DNA of 32,000 bases from Vibrio vulnificus CMCP6 (GCF_000039765.1 NC_004459.3:750001-782000), one strand, 5' to 3'. Positions 11,067 to 23,827 are shown, counted from the stretch's first letter. Numbers and translations: made by a program. Notes: generated from the sequence alone by a model not told the origin.

Positions 11067-11476
11067 CACATCACCTGCTTAGTTACAAATGTAGTCTTGA
11101 ATGGCAGTTTGCGAGCCGCTAGGCGGAACGCTTCACGCGCCAATTCTTCAGGTACACCATCAACTTCGTACATAACCTTACCAGGTTGGATTTGGGCTAC
11201 CCAGTACTCAACGTTACCTTTACCCTTACCTTGACGAACTTCAAGTGGTTTTTCAGTGATCGGCTTGTCTGGGAACACACGGATCCAGATCTTACCTTGA
11301 CGCTTGATGTGACGCGTCATAGCACGACGTGCAGCTTCGATTTGACGAGCAGTCAAACGACCACGGCCAACAGCTTTAAGACCAAAAGAACCAAAGCTAA
11401 CTTCAGTACCTTTAGCTAGACCGCGGTTACGACCAGTATGAACCTTACGGAACTTAGTACGTTTAGGTTGTAGCAT
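11066..11476 (-). CDS. rplP: 50S ribosomal protein L16
   Basis: [42 protein letters not shown]. Confidence 0.99.
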
Positions 11477-11487
11477 CTGTCGACTCC

Positions 11488-12189
11488 TTACTTACGGCCT
11501 TTACGCTGCTTCTTAGGCTTGTCAGCCTTTGGCTCTGCAGCTTCAGTTGCTGCTGGCATACCGCCTAGGATCTCACCTTTGAAGATCCAAACTTTAATGC
11601 CGATTACACCGTATGTGGTGTGAGCCGAAGAAGTTGCGTAATCAATGTCTGCACGTAGAGTGTGTAGAGGCACACGGCCTTCACGGTACCACTCAGAACG
11701 TGCGATTTCAGCGCCGCCTAGACGACCGCTTACTTCCACTTTGATACCCTTAGCACCTAGACGCATTGCGTTTTGTACCGCACGCTTCATAGCACGACGG
11801 AACATTACACGACGCTCTAGCTGAGACGCGATGCTGTCACCAACAAGTTGCGCATCTAGTTCAGGCTTACGTACTTCAGCGATGTTAATTTGCGCTGGTA
11901 CACCTGCAATTTTCGCTACAGCTGTGCGTAGCTTCTCAACGTCTTCACCTTTCTTACCGATAACAACGCCTGGACGAGCAGTGTGAATAGTCACACGGAT
12001 GCTCTTAGCAGGACGCTCGATAACGATACGTGATAGAGACGCTTTTGAAAGTTCCTTAGTTAGGAACTGACGTACCTTGAAGTCGCCGTCTAGGTTGTCA
12101 GCGAAATCTTTGGTGTTAGCAAACCATGTAGCATTCCAAGGCTTAACGATGCCTAGACGAATACCATTAGGATGTACTTTTTGACCCAT
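11488..12189 (-). CDS. rpsC: 30S ribosomal protein S3
   Basis: [40 protein letters not shown]. Confidence 0.99.
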
Positions 12190-12207
12190 TGCTTACTCTC
12201 CTAGTCT

Positions 12208-12540
12208 CTAGCGATCTGCTACAACAACAGTGATGTGGCTTGAACGCTTCAAGATACGATCCGCACGACCTTTAGCACGAGGCATAATACGCTTCATGGT
12301 TGGGCCTTCATCTACAAAGATTTTTGCGACATTCAGATCGTCAATATCTGCACCTTCGTTGTGCTCCGCGTTAGCGATAGCAGACTCTAGAACTTTCTTA
12401 ACTAGTACAGCAGCTTTTTTGTTGCTGAAAGTTAGGATTTCAAGAGCTTGGTCAACAGATTTACCACGAATTAGATCCGCAACTAAGCGAGCTTTCTGAG
12501 GCGAAATGCGAGCAAAGTTATGTTTAGCAATAGCTTCCAT
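12208..12540 (-). CDS. rplV: 50S ribosomal protein L22
   Basis: [36 protein letters not shown]. Confidence 0.99.
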
Positions 12541-12550
12541 TATTTACTCC

Positions 12551-12841
<291 letters not shown>

Positions 12842-12850
12842 TTATATAGA

Positions 12851-13675
12851 TTACTTGTTACGACGACGTACGATGTACTTGTCAGTGCGTTTGTTGCTAC
12901 GAGTCTTGTAGCCTTTAGTTGGTACACCCCAAGGTGAAACTGGATGACGGCCACCAGAAGTACGACCTTCACCACCACCGTGTGGGTGATCTACTGGGTT
13001 CATTACCACACCGCGAACGGTTGGACGAACACCACGCCAGCGACTTGCACCAGCTTTACCAAGCTCACGAAGCATGTGCTCAGAGTTACCAACTTCACCG
13101 ATTGTTGCGCGACCTTCAGATAGAACTTTACGCATTTCGCCAGAACGTAGACGGATAGTTACGTAAGAACCATCACGAGCTACTAGCTGAGCGTAAGCAC
13201 CCGCTGAACGAGCCAACTGTGCACCTTTACCAGGAGTCAATTCAACACAGTGAATTGTAGAACCTACTGGGATGTTGCGCATTGGTAGAGTGTTACCCGC
13301 TTTGATCGGTGCATCAACACCAGATTGGATAACGTCACCAGCTTGCATACCTTTAGGTGCAATGATGTAACGACGCTCACCGTCTGCGTACAGAACTAGA
13401 GCGATGTTTGCGCTACGGTTTGGATCGTATTCTAGACGCTCAACTTTCGCTGGGATACCGTCTTTAGTACGTTTGAAGTCAACTACACGGTAGTGTTGTT
13501 TATGACCACCACCGATGTGACGTACTGTGATACGACCGTTGTTGTTACGACCACCGTTCTTAGAGTTTTTCTCTAGAAGAGGTGCGTAAGGCTTGCCTTT
13601 GTGTAGGTCAGCGTTAACAACTTTAACAACGTGACGACGACCAGCCGAAGTCGGCTTACATTTAACAATAGCCAT
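12851..13675 (-). CDS. rplB: 50S ribosomal protein L2
   Basis: [36 protein letters not shown]...[36 protein letters not shown]. Confidence 0.99.
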   Translation of the reverse strand: MAIVKCKPTSAGRRHVVKVVNADLHKGKPYAPLLEKNSKNGGRNNNGRITVRHIGGGHKQHYRVVDFKRTKDGIPAKVERLEYDPNRSANIALVLYADGERRYIIAPKGMQAGDVIQSGVDAPIKAGNTLPMRNIPVGSTIHCVELTPGKGAQLARSAGAYAQLVARDGSYVTIRLRSGEMRKVLSEGRATIGEVGNSEHMLRELGKAGASRWRGVRPTVRGVVMNPVDHPHGGGEGRTSGGRHPVSPWGVPTKGYKTRSNKRTDKYIVRRRNK

Positions 13676-13691
13676 TATTCAACTACTCCTG

Positions 13692-13994
13692 TTATTCCGC
13701 GCCGCCAACAAAGTCAAGATCTTGACCTTCTTTCAAAGTAACGTACGCTTTCTTCACGTCTGAACGACGGCCTTGGCGTAGACCTTGACGCTTGGTCTTA
13801 CCCTTAGTGATAAGAGTATTTACAGACTTAACTTCAACTTCAAATAGCTGTTCTACAGCTGCTTTGATCTCTTTCTTAGTTGCATCTTTAGCTACTTTGA
13901 AAACGATAGTGTTCGCTTTCTCAGCTGCCATAGTTGCTTTTTCAGAGATGTGCGGTGCACGTAGAACTTTTAGTAGACGCTCTTGAGTGATCAT
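13692..13994 (-). CDS. rplW: 50S ribosomal protein L23
   Basis: [40 protein letters not shown]. Confidence 0.99.
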   Translation of the reverse strand: MITQERLLKVLRAPHISEKATMAAEKANTIVFKVAKDATKKEIKAAVEQLFEVEVKSVNTLITKGKTKRQGLRQGRRSDVKKAYVTLKEGQDLDFVGGAE

Positions 13995-14593
13995 GCCAGC
14001 ATCTCCTCAACTTGCTTAACTGCATCAGCAGTCATTAGAACCTTGTTAAACGCGATTAGAGAAACTGGGTCAATACCAGCTACGTCACGTGCGTCAACTT
14101 TGTATAGGTTACGTGCAGCTAAGAATAGATTCTCGTCTACTTCGCCAGTTACGATAAGCACGTCGTTTAGCTCAAGTTCTTTAAGCTTAGCAACTAGCTC
14201 TTTCGTTTTTGGTGCTTCAACAGAGAAGTTATCAACAACGATTAGACGCTCTTGACGAACTAGCTCAGAAAGAATGCTCTTCATCGCACCACGGTACATT
14301 TTCTTGTTTACTTTTTGGCTGTGATCTTGTGGTTTCGCAGCAAAAGTAACACCACCTGTACGCCATAGTGGGCTACGGATTGTACCAGCACGTGCACGGC
14401 CAGTACCTTTTTGACGCCATGGCTTAGCACCACCGCCAGAAACTTCTGAACGTGTTTTTTGAGCACGAGTACCTTGACGAGCACCTGCTGCGTACGCAAC
14501 AACTACTTGATGAACAAGAGCTTCGTTGAACTCACGTCCGAAAGTAGCTTCGGAAACAGTTAGTGCAGCAGCACCTTTAACCATCAATTCCAT
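13991..14593 (-). CDS. rplD: 50S ribosomal protein L4
   Basis: [48 protein letters not shown]. Confidence 0.99.
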   Translation of the reverse strand: MELMVKGAAALTVSEATFGREFNEALVHQVVVAYAAGARQGTRAQKTRSEVSGGGAKPWRQKGTGRARAGTIRSPLWRTGGVTFAAKPQDHSQKVNKKMYRGAMKSILSELVRQERLIVVDNFSVEAPKTKELVAKLKELELNDVLIVTGEVDENLFLAARNLYKVDARDVAGIDPVSLIAFNKVLMTADAVKQVEEMLA

Positions 14594-14609
14594 TACTTAC
14601 TCCTAGACG

Positions 14610-15239
14610 TTATGCTTTAACAGCTGGTTTAACGATCACGTTACCGCCAGTTGCGCCAGGGACTGCACCTTTAATAAGAAGCAGATTGCGCTCAGCGTCA
14701 ACACGTACGATCTCTAGGTTTTGAGTCGTTACACGCTCAGCACCCATGTGACCTGCCATTTTCTTGCCTTTAAATACGCGACCTGGAGTCTGACATTGAC
14801 CGATAGAACCAGGAGCACGGTGAGACAATGAGTTACCGTGAGTCATATCTTGAGTGCGGAAGTTCCAGCGCTTAACAGTGCCTTGGAAACCTTTACCCTT
14901 AGATGTACCAGTAACGTCTACTTTTTTAACTTCGTTGAATAGCTCAACAGTTAGTTCTGAACCAACTGCAAACTCTTCGCCGTTTTCTAAACGGAATTCC
15001 CAAAGACCACGACCAGCTTCAACGCCAGCTTTAGCAAAGTGACCTGCTTCAGCTTTGTTTACGCGGTTAGCTTTCTTTGTACCAGCTGTAACTTGGATTG
15101 CTGCATAGCCGTCAGTCTCAAGAGTTTTCACTTGAGCAACACGGTTCGCTTCAACCTCAACAACAGTTACAGGGATAGAAACGCCTTCTTCAGTAAATAC
15201 GCGGGTCATGCCCACTTTACGACCGATTAGACCAATCAT
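14610..15239 (-). CDS. rplC: 50S ribosomal protein L3
   Basis: [30 protein letters not shown]. Confidence 0.99.
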   Translation of the reverse strand: MIGLIGRKVGMTRVFTEEGVSIPVTVVEVEANRVAQVKTLETDGYAAIQVTAGTKKANRVNKAEAGHFAKAGVEAGRGLWEFRLENGEEFAVGSELTVELFNEVKKVDVTGTSKGKGFQGTVKRWNFRTQDMTHGNSLSHRAPGSIGQCQTPGRVFKGKKMAGHMGAERVTTQNLEIVRVDAERNLLLIKGAVPGATGGNVIVKPAVKA

Positions 15240-15253
15240 TCTTCTAATCTCCC

Positions 15254-15770
<517 letters not shown>

Positions 15771-16038
15771 GAACATAAGCTGAGTATACATTACCCCACA
15801 ACCGAAGCTGCTGGCTCCTCGCTGCTCATTGGTTCACAACTGAACAAGTCAGTGCGGCGTATTATACAGATCACAGTTTTGCTTGCAAGGGCTGTTTGAA
15901 AAATAATCGGAGAAAGATTCAGACGATTAAGATCCTCGCAACCTGGAGTAGCCGAGATACAACTCACCTCACTCAATACACATGGCAGATAAACACAATC
16001 GCTATAATGGAGCTCAATACCCTCCCCGTACCACCAGC

Positions 16039-16215
16039 CGTCATTCCCGTGTACACGGGAAACCATTTATCCACACACACCGAATCCTGCGTTAAAACAA
16101 AAGCTCACAACGGTAAAACGTACACAGGGCCATCAAACATTTACCGATAGTGAGGCAGTACGACCAACCCACGGTGCTTGCCGTATCATGGGGCTCCGCG
16201 TTCGCGGGGATGACG
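16039..16215 (+). repeat. Bipartite-hairpin element copy A (177 bp)
   Basis: Starts CGTCATTCCCGTGTACACGGGAAACCATTTATCC and ends ATGGGGCTCCGCGTTCGCGGGGATGACG. Confidence 0.85.
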
Positions 16216-16290
16216 AGCTTTGAGGCTATGGCATAGATAGGAGCACCCATCCTCTATCCGCATTCCTATCTCTCAGCCGCCTCCCCCTGC

Positions 16291-16467
16291 TGTCATTCCC
16301 GTGCACACGGGAAACCATTTATCCGCACACACCGAACCCTGCGTTAGAACAAAAGCTCGCAACGTTAAAACGTGCACAGGGTCATCAAACATTTACCGAT
16401 AGTGAGGCAGTACGACCAACCCACTGCGCTTTCCGTACCATGGGTCCCCGCGTTCGCGAGGATGACG
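16291..16467 (+). repeat. Bipartite-hairpin element copy B (177 bp)
   Basis: Starts TGTCATTCCCGTGCACACGGGAAACCATTTATCC and ends ATGGGTCCCCGCGTTCGCGAGGATGACG; interior closely matches copy A. Confidence 0.9.
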
Positions 16468-16542
16468 AGCTTTGAGGCTATGGCATAGATAGGAGCGCCC
16501 ATCCCCTATCCGCATTCCTAACTCTCAGCCACCTCCCCCTGC

Positions 16543-16704
16543 TGTCATTCCCGTGCACACGGGAAACCATTTATCCGCGCACGCTAGATGCCGCGTTTGG
16601 AGATACACTCACCACAACAGACAGCAAGAACAACGACAATGCAGTAGTAATACCTACCCTCCACGCTCGCCGTTCCATGGGTCCGCGCGACCGCGAGGAT
16701 GACG
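16543..16704 (+). repeat. Bipartite-hairpin element copy C (162 bp)
   Basis: Same left end; right end ATGGGTCCGCGCGACCGCGAGGATGACG; interior GATGCCGCGTTTGGAGATACACTCACC...GCAGTAGTAATACC. Confidence 0.9.
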
Positions 16705-16781
16705 AGATAAAAGAAGGAAAGAAAAAGCCGATCGAAGATCAACGCCAAAGAACAAAAACTCTGAACACCGCCTCCCCCTGC

Positions 16782-16942
16782 TGTCATTCCCGTGCACACG
16801 GGAAACCATTTATCCGCACACGCCAGATGCCGCGTTTGGAAATACACTCCCACAACAGACAGCAAGAGCAACGACAATACAGTAGTAATACCTACCCTCC
16901 ACGCTCGCCGCACCATGGGTCCCCGCGTTCGCGAGGATGACG
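16782..16942 (+). repeat. Bipartite-hairpin element copy D (161 bp)
   Basis: Same ends; interior near-identical to copy C. Confidence 0.9.
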
Positions 16943-17010
16943 AGATTAAAGATGAAAAAGAAATGAATCGACCTAGAGCTCAAATATAAGTCAGAAGTGC
17001 TGGAAACTAG

Positions 17011-17066
17011 AGAGCTAGGATCTAGGAACTAGGAACTAGGAACTAGAAAACTAGAAAACTAGAAAG
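17011..17066 (+). repeat. Short tandem repeat of 7-8 bp units (consensus GAACTAG / AAAACTAG)
   Basis: ctagagagctaggatctaggaactaggaactaggaactagaaaactagaaaactagaa read directly. Confidence 0.8.
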
Positions 17067-17086
17067 GCAACTGCAACTTAGCACGA

Positions 17087-17115
17087 AAACAAAGGCCCTA
17101 GAGAACTAGGGCCTT
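17087..17115 (-). terminator. Terminator after the AcfD/SslE-like gene
   Basis: Minus strand AAGGCCCTAG-TTCT-CTAGGGCCTT-TGTTTTC; perfect 10-bp stem. Confidence 0.85.
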
Positions 17116-17120
17116 GTCTA

Positions 17121-20100
17121 TTATCTTGATAACTGATTTATCGCTAATGGATCACGTTGTGGCTTAGGCAACTTGAGCTCTTTCACCTTGTCTAGCCCAC
17201 TTTGCGTAATCCCGCCTTCATACCTTGGTGTTGGGTCACCTGGGTAGAGAAACGCTTTAGACCCCGGATTCCACGCTTGGAAGAAAGCACTCAGATCCGT
17301 TTGAGCCGCATAAGAGGCGCAAAGCATCAACATGTCACTCTTTCCAAACCCTGACGCTTGGCATATGTTCTCACCTTTTAGCTCAGACAAACCCTCAGTC
17401 TTATTACGCGTTAATCGATGCATTAACTTAAAGAGGTTCCACCCTGTGACCCCTTCTTTTGAGCTGTAGTAACTTGGCAACTCATCGCCATACCACTGCT
17501 GAATATCAAATTCATTCTCAGCCCACTCTTTCAGTTGTGCAAACATCACTAAGCGTTCACCCGCACCGCCCGCGCCCCATGCATAGCCATTCTCCATACG
17601 CACAAAATCTGGCGCGATTCGGATATCTTGCTCAACGCGCGCCATTTTTCCTAAGTACTGATCCTGCATGTACAACGCCAGTAGGTTATTCACCACTTCC
17701 GTTGCGCCATCTACATTAAACGGTGCCTCTGCGGCGTTATGTCCAACCTCATGCCATAACAGCCAGCTGTTCAGTGGCGCTGTATTTAGACTTTGGCTCT
17801 TAGCATTAAAGCTCCCATTCATCACTGGGTAACCAGAGTGAGCCGCGCCAATACTGATCGCAACATCATTTACAAAGTGATGGCGATTATTAGGATTACT
17901 TGGACTGGTCGCTTGACGATTTAAGCGCCCTTCAACCCCTTCATCGCGAGCGTAAAAATCATTGAGATCCGCCGAAAAACGATCGAGATCCCGGGCGAAC
18001 TGTTCGATACCACCAGAGTAACCAGAAGCATTTAAGTTTGCTTTCGGGGCAGTAAAGATAAAGGTATCTGAAATCACCTCACCCATTGGCGCAGGAGAGC
18101 TCAGTGGATTTTGCCATTTGCCCTGTTTATACAGAGGCGCATCGACCGTGCCAGTAAACGTTAAGCTCACTTGCTCGCTATTGCCACCTTGGGCATAAAT
18201 CAAACCACCATAAGGAACGGTAAACTGCTGACTTGTGGCATGGCTGCCACCAATGACGAACGACTTGGTCATTCTTGGCGGGCGCTGCAAACCAAGCTCA
18301 TGTTTTTCGCGACCAGTTAAATCATCCGCCAAAGCGATAGTGATAGTGACGGGCGCTTCCTCCCCAGCCACCGATACCGTAAACGGCTGCTGCGCGACCG
18401 CCCACTGCCCTGTTGGCTGACGGTTGCCCGCAAACCATGCGGTCGTCAAATTACGCATATCCAAAGTAACATTGCGGCCACCCGCCCCTTCACCTGCTTC
18501 TCCGGGGAATGCACGGACATCCACCTTGATGTCTAAATCCCAAAAAGAGCGACCAAGCATTAATCGGGTTAACGGTTTTTCCATATAGTTGAGCGGGTAG
18601 CTAGGGTTCATTTGACCGGCATACTCACCAGCCTCATCACCATAGACCATGTTCAACCGGTTCAATTCAGATTTCACCTCTTCTGGGCAATGGGTATTAC
18701 CGCCTGCCACATCATTGGTGTAACAGTTTAAGAATTGGGTAAAACGCTGGAAACCTAACTCATCCTCACTGCTTGATTCGTAGCGATAATCGAGGTCGTT
18801 CCATAGCCAAACCGTCATATTCTGGTAAATACGGTTGAGATCAACACTGCTTAGACGCTCACCCACTTTCCCTTTGGTACGGAAATAGCGCTCATGCTGA
18901 TACAGCGCCTCAATATTGGTCCCTAAGTTAGCCGCTTTCACCATGGCTTGCGATTCAGCTTCACCAAGTTTGAGCTCAGTGTAATGAGGCACATGCATAC
19001 CCCCACCAGTGGGTATGCCGTTCCCTGGGCGGTATTCCAAACAGTTCACTTCATAATGAAATTGGCTATCGTGACACTCTTGATAAGCGGGTTCTCCGTC
19101 TACCAAGAAAGCGTTCAAAATACGTTGCTTTGCCTTGGCAAGGCTGTCTTGATCCAATATAGGCTGTTGATGTTCATCGACAACCACATGGCCCTCTTTA
19201 TCTTTGCGCCAATGCTGTGATTCATCAATAAAGGCGACGTTAATGATCGGGTTGCCATCTTTATCCAGTTTTGGCTCGCCATGCTCATCCAACTCAGGCC
19301 AACGTGCGATCTCTAGATTGGGTTTATCGTCTGGCTTGCCTTCTACTTGATATTGCCACTCAACCGAACCATCGTCGTTAATGGTGTACGGCAATACTGG
19401 TTTACCATCCGCGCCTTGTACCGCCGCATAGCGCTCCAATACCCAAATACCGTGCTGACGCTGATTGCGCGGGCGATCAGGATAACCGCCACTTGGTCCA
19501 TTGCCATTTGGCACCACACTTTGCCCCATGCCAAACGCGATGCCAGCACTATCGAGTAGCCGAGCAACTTCACCCGCGTTAGCACGATTGATGATGGTTT
19601 CCATCATCAAAACATTGCCACCACGATTCACGTAGTCGATGAGATCCGAGACATCTTGCTGGCTCAATTTAGGCTTATTGATATTGGCACTCATTGGCAG
19701 ATCGTAAGCGCCGATACCCGCATGACCTAAATACTCATACCCATTGATGATCACAACGGGCATCGCTTCAGGGTCAAGATAGCCAAAATCAGAGAGTTGC
19801 TCCGTTTTAGCCGCTAAACGAGGGTCGATAACAAAATCGGCCCGCTCGCCCATCACTTGACCATGACGCTTAAAGTAGACATAAGGAATATTGGTGCCAA
19901 CCGTCAGCTCTTGCGCTGATTTGCCGGTTAAATAACGCAGCGTGTTAGCAAAGAAGTTTGCCATGTCGTCAGTGTCGCTGGATTGCTTACACGAGCCATC
20001 TTGATTCACCCCGCCATTCCAACTAAAGCCATTCGGGCAAACCAACACACTGTTGTAGCGCGCGTTGCCCATCACCATCACTTTGCCTTTGCCCAACTCA

Positions 20101-21674
20101 CCAATGCTCATGAAAGGCAGATTGAAGGTCGCCGTTTCCGCCGACACTTTTTCTGGCACAACAGAAGAAGGGGCTTCGGTGATAAATGCCAGACCTTGCG
20201 CATCCCAAGCTTTCGGTTGACCAAAGTCGATCCAGTAATTGTTGTCGTTACGAGCCATCATGACCGGAAACGCGCTATTGGCAATATTCACCGCCGCCTG
20301 GCCACGTGCATTACCTGTACTCCCGTAGAAGTTGGTACTGTCATGGAACACATGGAAACGTTCTACTTTTTTCCATCCGGCTTGCTGCACTTGGTGAGTA
20401 GCCCCCCAAAGTTTTTGGATATCCGCTTGAATGCGGCTTGCTTGCGGATCGAGTGCGCCTTTAACCACTGGCAGCTCAAAGTTAGAGCGAGCAGATGGCT
20501 TGGCGAGCTGTTGATCGATATCCGCAGCGAGACCATGAGCAAATTGCTGTTCAAATTCACCCGGAACCAGTTGCGTTTGACCTCCCCCCACGTCAAGTAA
20601 CGTATCATCACTATTAAGCGACAAAGAGATCGCTTCATTGACCACGTTCGGATAGAGGGCAAAAACCTCCGTGACTTGTTGAGGAAGCGTTACTTTACTG
20701 TCAGTACGGTCGGCATAACGATGCACCAGTTTTTCAACGTTTTTCCCCTCATTTCCTTGAGCAAGTTCTGTTAGCTGGAAGGCCGTTTTGTTGCCACGTA
20801 TCTCACCCAGTTCAAACGTATCGATAGCAAAACTGATGTTTTCGCCCCAAGAGAATTCAAAGCGGCCATCACCGATCATATTTCCTTGCTTATCGACTCC
20901 AGTGACACCTCGACCATGAGCACTGAAATACGCAATACCATTGACAGGCAAACCTTGCTCATTAAGCAACTGTGCTTGAGTTAAGATAACTTCGCTCGGT
21001 TTATAAACCAGAGACTCTTCAGCACTTGCTGACACAAAACCACTCGTTAAGTCACTCGATGCGCCAGGCGTCACCGCCGGTGGAACATCGGGCACGTGCG
21101 TTGTAGGCTGCTTATCCACTTGGTTATCATTGCTCACTTTCTCGGTGATCAACGCTCGAAACTCATCAACAGGCATATCTAGGTTGTGGTCAAAATAATG
21201 TTCGAACGTGAGCGCATCGCGTGACGAAGACAAATCCAGCTCTATTGTATTGCCCTGAGTGCTACCGATGTTTTTAATCAGCGTTTGAATATTGCTCAAG
21301 CGTACTGGTGAAGCTTTGTATTCATCGGCTTGAGCCAGCGACAAGACTTCCACATTGACGGCACGACTGCGAGTTTGTTCCGCAACGTATGGGGTTGTGA
21401 AGGTTGCAAGTGTGCGACCTTGCACCATGCACACGACATCCTCTTTTTGAGGAACATCGAACTGATTTGCTGGCCCACCATTACACTCAATCGAACCACT
21501 CAACATCAAATGCCCATCCAAAGATAAGGCGCTGACGATGATCGGGTCATCAACCCCAATATCGGGCAGCTCTGGTTCAACCGTTGGAGGGAGAACGGGT
21601 GCAAGTACTCGATCTTCACTGCCACAAGCCACTAGCATAGAAGCAATCAAAAGCGACAAAAGGCTTCGTTTCAA
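17121..21674 (-). CDS. AcfD/SslE (YghJ)-like large lipoprotein with an M60-like metalloprotease domain, 1517 aa
   Basis: Lipoprotein signal [18 protein letters not shown]; zinc motif HEVGHN (coding bases 17736-17753) with downstream Glu (ATEVVNN); length and domain layout match the SslE/AcfD family. Confidence 0.88.
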   Translation of the reverse strand: MKRSLLSLLIASMLVACGSEDRVLAPVLPPTVEPELPDIGVDDPIIVSALSLDGHLMLSGSIECNGGPANQFDVPQKEDVVCMVQGRTLATFTTPYVAEQTRSRAVNVEVLSLAQADEYKASPVRLSNIQTLIKNIGSTQGNTIELDLSSSRDALTFEHYFDHNLDMPVDEFRALITEKVSNDNQVDKQPTTHVPDVPPAVTPGASSDLTSGFVSASAEESLVYKPSEVILTQAQLLNEQGLPVNGIAYFSAHGRGVTGVDKQGNMIGDGRFEFSWGENISFAIDTFELGEIRGNKTAFQLTELAQGNEGKNVEKLVHRYADRTDSKVTLPQQVTEVFALYPNVVNEAISLSLNSDDTLLDVGGGQTQLVPGEFEQQFAHGLAADIDQQLAKPSARSNFELPVVKGALDPQASRIQADIQKLWGATHQVQQAGWKKVERFHVFHDSTNFYGSTGNARGQAAVNIANSAFPVMMARNDNNYWIDFGQPKAWDAQGLAFITEAPSSVVPEKVSAETATFNLPFMSIGELGKGKVMVMGNARYNSVLVCPNGFSWNGGVNQDGSCKQSSDTDDMANFFANTLRYLTGKSAQELTVGTNIPYVYFKRHGQVMGERADFVIDPRLAAKTEQLSDFGYLDPEAMPVVIINGYEYLGHAGIGAYDLPMSANINKPKLSQQDVSDLIDYVNRGGNVLMMETIINRANAGEVARLLDSAGIAFGMGQSVVPNGNGPSGGYPDRPRNQRQHGIWVLERYAAVQGADGKPVLPYTINDDGSVEWQYQVEGKPDDKPNLEIARWPELDEHGEPKLDKDGNPIINVAFIDESQHWRKDKEGHVVVDEHQQPILDQDSLAKAKQRILNAFLVDGEPAYQECHDSQFHYEVNCLEYRPGNGIPTGGGMHVPHYTELKLGEAESQAMVKAANLGTNIEALYQHERYFRTKGKVGERLSSVDLNRIYQNMTVWLWNDLDYRYESSSEDELGFQRFTQFLNCYTNDVAGGNTHCPEEVKSELNRLNMVYGDEAGEYAGQMNPSYPLNYMEKPLTRLMLGRSFWDLDIKVDVRAFPGEAGEGAGGRNVTLDMRNLTTAWFAGNRQPTGQWAVAQQPFTVSVAGEEAPVTITIALADDLTGREKHELGLQRPPRMTKSFVIGGSHATSQQFTVPYGGLIYAQGGNSEQVSLTFTGTVDAPLYKQGKWQNPLSSPAPMGEVISDTFIFTAPKANLNASGYSGGIEQFARDLDRFSADLNDFYARDEGVEGRLNRQATSPSNPNNRHHFVNDVAISIGAAHSGYPVMNGSFNAKSQSLNTAPLNSWLLWHEVGHNAAEAPFNVDGATEVVNNLLALYMQDQYLGKMARVEQDIRIAPDFVRMENGYAWGAGGAGERLVMFAQLKEWAENEFDIQQWYGDELPSYYSSKEGVTGWNLFKLMHRLTRNKTEGLSELKGENICQASGFGKSDMLMLCASYAAQTDLSAFFQAWNPGSKAFLYPGDPTPRYEGGITQSGLDKVKELKLPKPQRDPLAINQLSR

Positions 21675-21896
21675 GATGTCATCCTTCTTAAGAATACATT
21701 GAACAAGCAGACTTTCTTAATTAGCTCAAAACAAAAAAGAAAAGACGAAAGAACTGCAATTTACTTAATTTTAAAGCTCATTTTTTACAGTTCAATATTC
21801 TATATATGGATTCAAATTTGGGAAATAGAAATAAATCGCTACCTCCGAAAATGTGGCAGAGATAGAGATTTAGTAATAAAGAACCAGGGCACCAGC

Positions 21897-22052
21897 CATC
21901 ATTCCCGTACTCACGAGAACTCATCCACACACCAGATACCACGTTTGGAAATGCTCTCACCGCAACAAACAACGAGAACAACGTCAATACAGTAGTAATA
22001 CCAACCCACAGCACTTGCCGTACCATGGGTCCCCGCGTTCGCGAGGATGACG
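21897..22052 (+). repeat. Bipartite-hairpin element copy E (156 bp, degenerate left hairpin)
   Basis: CATCATTCCCGTACTCACGAGAACTCATCC...CCGTACCATGGGTCCCCGCGTTCGCGAGGATGACG. Confidence 0.85.
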
Positions 22053-22135
22053 AGATAAAAGACGGAAAGAATAAGCCGAGCTAAGATCAACAGCAAAGAA
22101 CAAAAAACTCAGCACATCGCCGCCACACCACCAAC

Positions 22136-22297
22136 TGTCATTCCCGTGCACACGGGAAACCATTTGTCCGCACGCGCCGGATGTCGCGTTTGGAAACACA
22201 CTCGCCACAACAGACAACAAGAGCAACGACAATACAGTAGCAATACCTACCTACTACACTCGCTATACGATGGGTCCCCGCGTTCGCGAGGATGACG
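22136..22297 (+). repeat. Bipartite-hairpin element copy F (162 bp)
   Basis: TGTCATTCCCGTGCACACGGGAAACCATTTGTCC...CGCTATACGATGGGTCCCCGCGTTCGCGAGGATGACG. Confidence 0.9.
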
Positions 22298-22375
22298 AGA
22301 TAAGAGATAAGAGATAAGAGATAAGAGATAAAGGACTAGGGACTAGGGACTAGAGACTAGAGACTAGAGACTAAA
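22297..22375 (+). repeat. Short tandem repeats: (AGAGATA)n followed by (GACTAGG/GACTAGA)n, 7-bp periodicity
   Basis: gagataagagataagagataagagataagagataaaggactagggactagggactagagactagagactagagactaaag read directly, abutting the right end of copy F. Confidence 0.85.
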
Positions 22376-22423
22376 GCAAGTAAAAGACAGAAATGGAGAG
22401 TAGCAACAAAAGAAACGGAAAAC

Positions 22424-23764
22424 CTAGAACCGCATAGCTCCAAGCAAACTTTGTTTTGCATCGTCTTCACCATGGATCAAATGGATCTCCTTCGGCTTTT
22501 GCGCAATACCTTGAATAAACGCCAGTAGATCGGCTTGGTCTGCATGGGCCGAGTAGCCAGACATCGTATGTATCTGAGCGCGAACCTCCACCATTTTCTG
22601 CTCAATTTGTACCATTTTCTCACCAGTCTGAATCTCACGCCCCAAAGTACCGCTCGCCTGATATCCAGCAAACAACACATCCGTACGCTCATCTGGCAAC
22701 AACGCTTGGAGATAGTCCATAATCCGGCCACCTTGGCACATGCCAGATGCAGCAACCACAATCGCTGGCTCCCCCGTTGATGCGAGACGATTCACTAATG
22801 CTTTATGTTGGCGATAATCATCTATCGTTATGCACTGCTCAAAGGCCAAAGGATGACGATGAACCTCCAGCCGCCGCTTCGCCTCCTTTCCCCATAGTTT
22901 TTTAAATCGGCGATACGATTGAGTTACTCTTTTGGCTAATGGCGAGTCGAGAATAATAGGGATGTCGGTGCCGATATTATGCTCAAATATCAACTGCTCA
23001 ATATCAAACAACAACTCTTGTGTGCGGCCCACACTAAACGCCGGAATCAAGATGGTGCCACCGTCTTGCAATGAGCGATTGATGATCGACTTGAGGCGCT
23101 CTCCTCTTTCTTCAACGCTTTCATGCAATTTGTCACCATAAGTGCTTTCTATATACAGATAATCGGCTCGAGGAGGAGAAATGGGATCTGGCAGCAACGG
23201 CGTATTTCGAGGCCCTAAATCACCAGAAAAAACCACAATTTCGTCGTTTGGTAGCTTAAACTCCAAATATGCCGAGCCTAGTATATGACCTGCAGGATTA
23301 AAACGCAGATAGAGGTAGTTTTCTAAAGCATGAGAAACAGAGCGCGAAGCCCGATTGCCATTTTTTATGCGAGGAGTCAGCCTTAGCCATTCTCCATACT
23401 TCACAGGTTTTAAGCGTTTTTTGACCAAATCGAGCACTTGGTGTAACTGCTTGTGGTTTAAGCCTAGCTGTAACCTTAACCCATCCTCCAACATCAGCGG
23501 AACAAGTTCAGCAGTCGCTTCCGTACAGTAGATAGAACCAGAAAATCCTGCGGCAAGTAGCCAAGGAATACGACCAATATGATCGATATGCGCATGAGTC
23601 AGCACTAAGGCATCAATATGTTTGACAGGGAAATCCACTTCTGGAGGCCGCGCATCTTTCCCTTGGAAAAGCCCACAGTCGATTAAGAGCGCGATACCCG
23701 CAGCGCGAAACTCATGACAAGAGCCTGTGACGGTATCCTTTCCCCCATGGTGAATGACTTGCAT
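22424..23764 (-). CDS. rjg: Metallo-beta-lactamase fold / beta-CASP hydrolase (rjg family), 446 aa
   Basis: LTHAHIDHIGRIPWLLAAGF, GHILGSAYLEFK, FSGDLGPRN, YIESTYGDKLHE, HTMSGYSAHADQADLL motifs; placement beside the polysaccharide locus. Confidence 0.88.
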   Translation of the reverse strand: MQVIHHGGKDTVTGSCHEFRAAGIALLIDCGLFQGKDARPPEVDFPVKHIDALVLTHAHIDHIGRIPWLLAAGFSGSIYCTEATAELVPLMLEDGLRLQLGLNHKQLHQVLDLVKKRLKPVKYGEWLRLTPRIKNGNRASRSVSHALENYLYLRFNPAGHILGSAYLEFKLPNDEIVVFSGDLGPRNTPLLPDPISPPRADYLYIESTYGDKLHESVEERGERLKSIINRSLQDGGTILIPAFSVGRTQELLFDIEQLIFEHNIGTDIPIILDSPLAKRVTQSYRRFKKLWGKEAKRRLEVHRHPLAFEQCITIDDYRQHKALVNRLASTGEPAIVVAASGMCQGGRIMDYLQALLPDERTDVLFAGYQASGTLGREIQTGEKMVQIEQKMVEVRAQIHTMSGYSAHADQADLLAFIQGIAQKPKEIHLIHGEDDAKQSLLGAMRF

Positions 23765-23827
23765 GCTTACTCCTTGCTCCCCTAAAGCACTCCTTCACAA
23801 CGAAACGGCACAAAGCTAATAACGCAC

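Noticed and set aside
15791-16940. Short ORFs in the first element cluster (e.g. 15791..16066, 15896..16150, 16584..16916, 16677..16940, 16792..16989).
   Set aside because: They start in or run through the repeat ends. Typical prefixes MVSRVHGND and MGPRDREDDE are just translations of the hairpin ends; no domain or conserved product is visible.
16039-17075. Possible Vibrio integron attC (VCR) sites.
   Set aside because: No integrase, no RYYYAAC/GTTRRRY core sites and no gene cassettes between the elements.
19983-20600. 205-aa plus-strand ORF antisense to the AcfD/SslE-like gene, together with smaller ones inside 17459-21527.
   Set aside because: Low-complexity, His-rich shadow translations of a confident long CDS on the opposite strand.
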